Positions 58,775-64,000 of a stretch of DNA of 64,000 nt are shown piece after piece. The DNA is from an uncultured Gemmatimonadaceae bacterium. GTDB taxonomy: Bacteria > Gemmatimonadota > Gemmatimonadetes > Gemmatimonadales > Gemmatimonadaceae. The stretch covers positions 864,001 to 928,000 of the forward strand of contig CAWFQK010000002.1 in the NCBI GenBank assembly GCA_963817955.1, in the 5' to 3' direction. A program made the translations under genes and the position numbers. The notes below the pieces were generated by a model. That model was not told the origin of the DNA. It saw only the letters and a program-made list of their open reading frames with translations, and did no database searches. Each line of letters opens with the position of its first letter. Position 1 is the stretch's first letter.

Positions 58775-59911
58775 CTACGCCATTTCTCCCATCCATGCCG
58801 AGAGCGAGCGCACCGACTTGCTCACAAATGCCGACCAATCCTGGACCGGAGAGTGCACACTCCAGAGGGCCACTAGGTCCTGTTCGAAGGCACGGCGATG
58901 ATGCTCGAGGAGGTCCCGCCCATGCGCACCGAACGCGTACTCGCTCATCGGCCGGGCACGAGCTGCTTCCGACCAGTGGAGGAAGGCGGCGGCGAATACG
59001 AAGCGCTCGTGCCACGCAGCCCAGCGTGGGGGGCGATCCTTGATGCCCAGGAGTGGCGCCCAGTAGCCATAGATGATGCGGTAGCTCAACGGCTGACCAT
59101 CGAGGGACTCGATCAGGCGTGCGGCCGCTAGATCCTCTGCTGCGCGTCGTACCGCGGCTGCCGTGTAGCCGGTGGCATCAACGGCCTCGCGCACGGTTGC
59201 CCAGTCTTCAGCACGGGCGAGGAGAAAGGCAACAAGGTCGGCTTTGATGCCGACGCCTAAGCCGAGTCGAAGACGAAGGAGGAGTGTCGCATCTGCCAGT
59301 AGGCGCGTCCGTGCAGCGCGCATCTTTACGCGCGCGCCACTCGGCGCGTGCGCATGCGCGGTGCGTGCGAGAGCTTCGTGGACCGATTCGTCGCTTGAAG
59401 CGTGCACTCCTCGTCTGCCTTCTCCACTCACGGATGAGCGGTGTGCCAAGGGGCGCCACCGGAGATCCTTTCCCTCATCGCTCGCTGCCGTGGCGAACAG
59501 CGCCAGCTGGTGCGTGAGTTCATCCTGCATCGGCGCGGGATAGTCCGCCTTGAGATTCTTGATTCGCTGGACGCTCAGCAAATCGGAATTGAGGACCGCC
59601 CAATCGTGCAGCATGTCTCCCATGCGTTGCTCATCGCGGAGAAGGGTGAGTGAGATGAGCACGAGCGCCTCCGGGTCGATCAGCGCTTCAACGTGACGTG
59701 TCTCTTCGTCCGTCGCGCGTGATCGCGATGCATGGCGACCGACGGCGGCAGCGCCGAGCGTCCGCCACTGGCGCCACACAACGCGCAGAACTGCATCGCG
59801 CAGTTCGTCGGCGAGTTGCGCAAGCTCAGCGTGAGCATCGGGGTCCGAATGACGAGAACTCTGCACTCGGTCGGCGTTGGCGCCGGCCTTCGGATCGGTG
59901 TGCTCGGTCAT
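58775..59911 (-). CDS. Hypothetical protein with winged-helix segment; partner of the DUF6036 gene
   Basis: VWRQWRTLG, IDPEALV, LRLRLGLGVGIKADL, ATVREAVDATGYT HTH; 4 bp after upstream stop. Confidence 0.7.
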   Translation of the reverse strand: MTEHTDPKAGANADRVQSSRHSDPDAHAELAQLADELRDAVLRVVWRQWRTLGAAAVGRHASRSRATDEETRHVEALIDPEALVLISLTLLRDEQRMGDMLHDWAVLNSDLLSVQRIKNLKADYPAPMQDELTHQLALFATAASDEGKDLRWRPLAHRSSVSGEGRRGVHASSDESVHEALARTAHAHAPSGARVKMRAARTRLLADATLLLRLRLGLGVGIKADLVAFLLARAEDWATVREAVDATGYTAAAVRRAAEDLAAARLIESLDGQPLSYRIIYGYWAPLLGIKDRPPRWAAWHERFVFAAAFLHWSEAARARPMSEYAFGAHGRDLLEHHRRAFEQDLVALWSVHSPVQDWSAFVSKSVRSLSAWMGEMA

Positions 59912-59915
59912 GTGC

Positions 59916-60524
59916 CTAGGTGAGGCTGAGGTCCTGACGAACGTGATTCACAACACGATCGAGAACGACGGCGAATTCGGGTGACGCATCCTGGGTTCGA
60001 ACCCAGGCCGCGGCGGCATCGAGTTCCGCAGTCGAGGGACGAAGAGCCAAGAGATCTTGGTAGTGAACGCTTCGGGGACCAATCGAGTCAGCCGCCGCAA
60101 ATAGCTTGAAGAAGATGAGATCGTACCGGGCGACGACACCGACCCAGAGCGCCGAGTATTGGCGCCATTCGACGCGTTGCTGAAGGCCCGGGGGAAGGCC
60201 GGTTCGCCACTGAGGGGCAGGACCGGCGTTCAGCCACTCGGGATCCAGCTCAAGGTCGCGCGCGACGGTGCGAGCCGCCAGAACAAGAGGCTCAGGCAGC
60301 GGTGTGGGGGGTTCGTGCAGCGAGTCATTGCCGGGGGCACCATCGATCCTCGGGACACCGAACGCCAAGATGTCGACGTCGCCGGTCGTTCGCTCCACGA
60401 TGCCGAGCAGGTTGAGTGCGGCACCGCCCACGATGGTGATGGCGTAGCCGAAGCCGGCCGCGGCCAAGACCTGCCCCGTGAGGGAGAGAGCCTCATCAAT
60501 ATCACTCGCGCCGCCTAGCTCCAT
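59916..60524 (-). CDS. DUF6036-family nucleotidyltransferase-fold protein
   Basis: IVGGAALNL..RTTGDVD (GG..DxD), WLNAGP, DLIFFKL. Confidence 0.8.
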   Translation of the reverse strand: MELGGASDIDEALSLTGQVLAAAGFGYAITIVGGAALNLLGIVERTTGDVDILAFGVPRIDGAPGNDSLHEPPTPLPEPLVLAARTVARDLELDPEWLNAGPAPQWRTGLPPGLQQRVEWRQYSALWVGVVARYDLIFFKLFAAADSIGPRSVHYQDLLALRPSTAELDAAAAWVRTQDASPEFAVVLDRVVNHVRQDLSLT

Positions 60525-60776
60525 TATAGCTCCTAAAACGATACATAATAGTTCTTGTGGAGAAGCGTAATAGATCCATTCCTGCCCGGCAAGCGACGCT
60601 AGCGCGCTCAGAGACCGACTCTATTGGGTCGACGAAGCGGAACGCCAACTGCCACATCTCGGTCGACGGCCCATTCTATAAGAGTGCCATTCCAACTCAC
60701 CGGAAATCAGCATGGTAGTGCGCCACAAGCCGCCCAAGTGCTTGCTGACCCCAGTCCACCACCCATATTCCGCCCC

Positions 60777-61631
60777 ATGCCCCGCCCCGCCGACATCTCC
60801 CCCCTTTCCGTACTACTGTCGCGCGTAGACGCCGTAACCGATGGCTCCCCCCCTCGCGACGCCTTCCGATCCGGCTTCCCCAGCCTCGACAAGTTTCTCG
60901 CCGGCGGATTCCGCCGCGGTGATCTCATCGTCCTTGGCGGCGACGCCGGAAGCGGCAAATCGGCCTTAGCTCTGGCCTTCACCGTCCGCGCCTCCCTGCT
61001 CCGTGCGCGGGTCGCGTTCCTCACCGCCGAAATGGCGGTTGAACGCGTACTGGAACGCATCCTTGCGATCGAAGCGCGCACGCGGGTCGATGATCTCCGT
61101 CAAGGCACGCTCAGTGACGCGGCGCGCGCCAGTGCCGGAGCGGTAGCGCTCGGGCTTCGAGAGCATTTGCCGCTCATCGAGCGTTTGCCGGCAGCCGCTG
61201 GCGTCGCGGCGGTGGCGGGGGTGCTGGATCAGTTGCCCGATCTCGACCTGGTGGTCATCGATTCCATCGCCGCGCTGCCGCAGGGTACTCGGCCCATGGA
61301 CGAGGAGTTGGCCACCGCAGTTCGCGAGCTCAAGGCTCTGGCGCTCGACCGGGACATTGCCATATTGATCACGGCGCCGCTCCCGCTGCTCCAAGCACGG
61401 CCGGATCGTCGCCCCACCCTCGACGATTTTGGCGCATTGGGAAGCATCAAACACAGTGCCGACGTCGTCCTCGGCATCTTCCGCCAAGACATGTATGAGC
61501 CGTCACGCGATATCGAGGGCGCGACGGAATTGTTGATCCGCAAAAACAGAAATGGGCCCATTGGGTACGTGGATCTGTATTTCTACGCCCAGTGGATGCG
61601 CTTTGAGGACATGCTCGACCCTGATCGGTAG
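60777..61631 (+). CDS. DnaB-like helicase, C-terminal RecA domain only
   Basis: SGFPSLD..GGFRRGDL, GDAGSGKS, SIKHSADVV, KNRNGP; no N-terminal domain. Confidence 0.85.
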   Translation: MPRPADISPLSVLLSRVDAVTDGSPPRDAFRSGFPSLDKFLAGGFRRGDLIVLGGDAGSGKSALALAFTVRASLLRARVAFLTAEMAVERVLERILAIEARTRVDDLRQGTLSDAARASAGAVALGLREHLPLIERLPAAAGVAAVAGVLDQLPDLDLVVIDSIAALPQGTRPMDEELATAVRELKALALDRDIAILITAPLPLLQARPDRRPTLDDFGALGSIKHSADVVLGIFRQDMYEPSRDIEGATELLIRKNRNGPIGYVDLYFYAQWMRFEDMLDPDR

Positions 61632-61642
61632 GAGGTAACGCA

Positions 61643-62968
61643 ATGCGGGTGGTCCATGCAGTAGGTCTCGTCGGCGCCTTGTTCGTAGGCGGGTGCGCCA
61701 CTGCCATCTCCGGCAGCGCTGACAACATCACGCGGCTCGAGAAGGCGCGTACCGCAAATCCGACATCGGAACAGGCGGCGCGCTCTCTGGGAATCGTCTA
61801 CTTCAAGGCGAACCGCTTCGATGACGCACGCGGCGTGCTGCAGCAGGCCGTAGCCATGGCGCCAAACGACGGCATGGCCGCGCTCTACCTCGGCCTCACG
61901 GCCGAAGCGCAGAACGACAACTCGTCGGCGCGCGTCGCATACGAGTCATATATGAAGGTCGGTCAGACGCCAAAGGTGCGCGCGTTGATCGGCGATCGCC
62001 TTCAGGCGCTCAGGCTGAAGGACATTCGCGCCGCCGCCAAGCAGGCACTGGCCCGCGAGTCGCAGCTATCCGCCACGCCCGGCGCGCCAAACACGGTCGC
62101 CGTGATGCCGTTCTCGTTCACGGGCGCGGACTCGTCCCTCAAGCCTTTGGAGCGCGGCTTTGCCGAGCTGGTAACCACGGACCTCAGCCGCTCGTCGAGC
62201 CTCACGGTGCTCGATCGCATGCGCCTTCAGTCGCTGCTCGATGAAATCGCCCTGCAGCAGAACGGCACTCAGGAGGGCACCGGCGTCCGCGCCGGCAAAA
62301 TGCTCCAAGCAGGCAAGATGGTCGGCGGCACCATTCAACAGCAGGGCGAGCGGCTCCAGGCAAGCGCGATCGTCACAGACGTCGCTTCCACTCAATTGGC
62401 CGCCCCCACGACGGACAACCAGACGCTCGACCAGCTATTCACGCTCGAGAAGAACATCGCGCTCGGACTGTTCAATAACCTCGGCATCACGCTCACGACC
62501 GCCGAGCGCAATGCGATCGAACAACGGCCCACGCGCTCACTGGCTGCCTTTCTCGCGTACAGCCACGGCTTGGAGCTCGAGGATCAGGGCAAGTATGACG
62601 ACGCACGCCGATCGTTCGACGACGCGGTGCGCGTCGATCCGCGTTTTGGCGCGGCTGCGCAGAAGAGCCAGGAGGTAAAGAGCGTTTCCGCCGGCAACGC
62701 AGTGACGGCCAATGTCGTGGAGGGGAGCCTACGCGGATCGGTCGAGGGGGCGATGATGAACGACGCGACTGGCGCGTCGAACACGAACGGGACGGTGGTC
62801 GAGACCGTTGAAGGGCTGAATCCGTCCACCGCGGGCGCTGCCACGGGTGGCAGTGGCAAAGCGAGCACGCAGCCGGCAAAGGACGCCGCATCGGGAACCG
62901 GCGGCGATAACGTGACGAAGCAGACGGCGAAGTTCGGGGTTGTCATTCATCAGCCAGGGAAACCGTGA
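61643..62968 (+). CDS. TPR + CsgG/HfaB-like lipoprotein
   Basis: Lipobox VGGC; TPRs; VAVMPF, LTVLDRMRLQSLLDE, AGKMLQA. Confidence 0.8.
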   Translation: MRVVHAVGLVGALFVGGCATAISGSADNITRLEKARTANPTSEQAARSLGIVYFKANRFDDARGVLQQAVAMAPNDGMAALYLGLTAEAQNDNSSARVAYESYMKVGQTPKVRALIGDRLQALRLKDIRAAAKQALARESQLSATPGAPNTVAVMPFSFTGADSSLKPLERGFAELVTTDLSRSSSLTVLDRMRLQSLLDEIALQQNGTQEGTGVRAGKMLQAGKMVGGTIQQQGERLQASAIVTDVASTQLAAPTTDNQTLDQLFTLEKNIALGLFNNLGITLTTAERNAIEQRPTRSLAAFLAYSHGLELEDQGKYDDARRSFDDAVRVDPRFGAAAQKSQEVKSVSAGNAVTANVVEGSLRGSVEGAMMNDATGASNTNGTVVETVEGLNPSTAGAATGGSGKASTQPAKDAASGTGGDNVTKQTAKFGVVIHQPGKP

Positions 62969-62969
62969 G

Positions 62970-64000
62970 ATGAAGATGCGCCGACTGGTTCCTCTCGTCC
63001 TCGCCTGCGCCTGCGTCGTTCCGTCGCTGCACGCGCAATCGCCATTCGACATCGGCGCGCGGATCGCGCCGCAGTTTCACTCGTACACGCTCGACTCGCC
63101 ATCGAACACGAAGATCAGCGAGCTCGCAGTACCGCTGTTCGTACTCGTTCCCATCTCATCATCGCTGAGCTTTGACATCGGCTCGTCCTACGTGCAGTCG
63201 CGAGTGGAGGCGACGTCACTGGGGAAGACGACGACGAGCAACATCTCGGGACTCACCGATACGCAGATCCGCGCGAACTATGTGCTCGGAACCGATTTCC
63301 TGGTTCTAACCGGGGGCGTGAACCTTCCCACGGGTCAGTCTACCGTCACCGCGGCGCAGCAGCCCGCGGCAGGCCTCATTGGCAATGACTTCCTGGCCTT
63401 TCCCATCTCGAACATGGGGACGGGGTTTGGCGGAACCGGCGGCGTTGCCATCGCTCGACCGGTGGGGGATTGGAACGTCGGCGGCGGCATCAGCCTGCGC
63501 CACTCGGCGCAATATGACCCATTTGACGCCGCCGGCGGCGCTGCCCTGCACTACCAGCCGGGCGACGAGTATCGGGCGCGCATCGGCGTGGATCGCGGTG
63601 TCGGAACGGGACACGTGATGCTTGGCGTCACCTACTCCACGTTTGGCAACGATAATCTGGCCGGCTCCATCTATAACACGGGCAATCGGTATCTGACGCA
63701 GTTCGGATACAACAACACTGTGGGCGTTGGCCAGTTGTCGATTGCCGGTTGGAACATGTACCGGACCGCGGGTACGCTCGCCGACAGCTCGTACCTCGGC
63801 CACGAGAACATTGCCGATGCGGCGGTTGCCTACGGTATTCCCGTCGGCTCGGCCACCATCGAGCCAAATGTCGAGGCGAGATACTGGACGCAGCCGGGTG
63901 CGATGGCGAGTTCGCTGGGCACGGTTGGCATTCGGATGCAGCTCAAGGTCGCTGGATTGTCGATGCTGCCGAGCGTCGGCTATTCACTGGGGCGTGTCGC
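62970..64000 (+). CDS. Outer-membrane beta-barrel-like protein (3' truncated by window)
   Basis: ATG 1 bp after upstream stop; signal peptide MKMRRLVPLVLACACVVPSLHAQ; GLTDTQIR..GVNLPTG. Confidence 0.7.
   Translation, partial: MKMRRLVPLVLACACVVPSLHAQSPFDIGARIAPQFHSYTLDSPSNTKISELAVPLFVLVPISSSLSFDIGSSYVQSRVEATSLGKTTTSNISGLTDTQIRANYVLGTDFLVLTGGVNLPTGQSTVTAAQQPAAGLIGNDFLAFPISNMGTGFGGTGGVAIARPVGDWNVGGGISLRHSAQYDPFDAAGGAALHYQPGDEYRARIGVDRGVGTGHVMLGVTYSTFGNDNLAGSIYNTGNRYLTQFGYNNTVGVGQLSIAGWNMYRTAGTLADSSYLGHENIADAAVAYGIPVGSATIEPNVEARYWTQPGAMASSLGTVGIRMQLKVAGLSMLPSVGYSLGRV

Larger units (their letters stand above)
18200..60600. mobile_element. Mosaic genomic island (defence/TA genes, secreted cargo, MGE relics); boundaries approximate
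   Basis: Dense IS, recombinase, R-M and TA content between two co-oriented housekeeping-type genes; no att repeat found. Confidence 0.7.

Noticed and set aside
59990..60007. Perfect 18-bp palindrome CCTGGGTTCGAACCCAGG resembling a tRNA T-arm or att site near the island edge
   Set aside because: Lies inside the DUF6036 ORF; no D-arm, anticodon arm or CCA; no second copy at the other edge

Overview
GC-rich bacterial chromosome segment. Gene families and order suggest Gemmatimonadota (inference, not searched). Two housekeeping arms flank a ~42-kb accessory island (~18.2-60.6 kb) in which I see no tRNA and no intact integrase. The left arm (1-18.2 kb) carries a sensor kinase/sigma54 regulator, outer-membrane proteins, HNH, PHP, PBP1A, tyrS, an aminotransferase, lipid A/LPS genes and msbA. 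The right arm (60.8-64 kb) carries a DnaB-like ATPase, a TPR/CsgG-like lipoprotein and an outer-membrane protein. The island has three kinds of content. (i) Defence/TA genes: a type I R-M locus with 5'-frameshifted hsdR, an extra half-TRD and two hsdM relics, plus YhcG/DUF1016, Fic, GNAT-DUF1778, two orphan antitoxins and a DUF6036 pair. (ii) Secreted cargo, notably a three-gene cohesin-dockerin (mini-cellulosome-like) operon and a secreted CHAT protease next to an ECF sigma/anti-sigma pair. (iii) One intact IS256 with an 8-bp TSD and many deletion-collapsed relics (RIT-type integrase, RhuM, IS21, IS1182-like). A conserved ~150-bp imperfect-hairpin repeat, often joined to IS256 end relics, sits at four cargo junctions and gives the island a cassette-array look. 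All family calls come from motif recognition by eye; no database searches were run.
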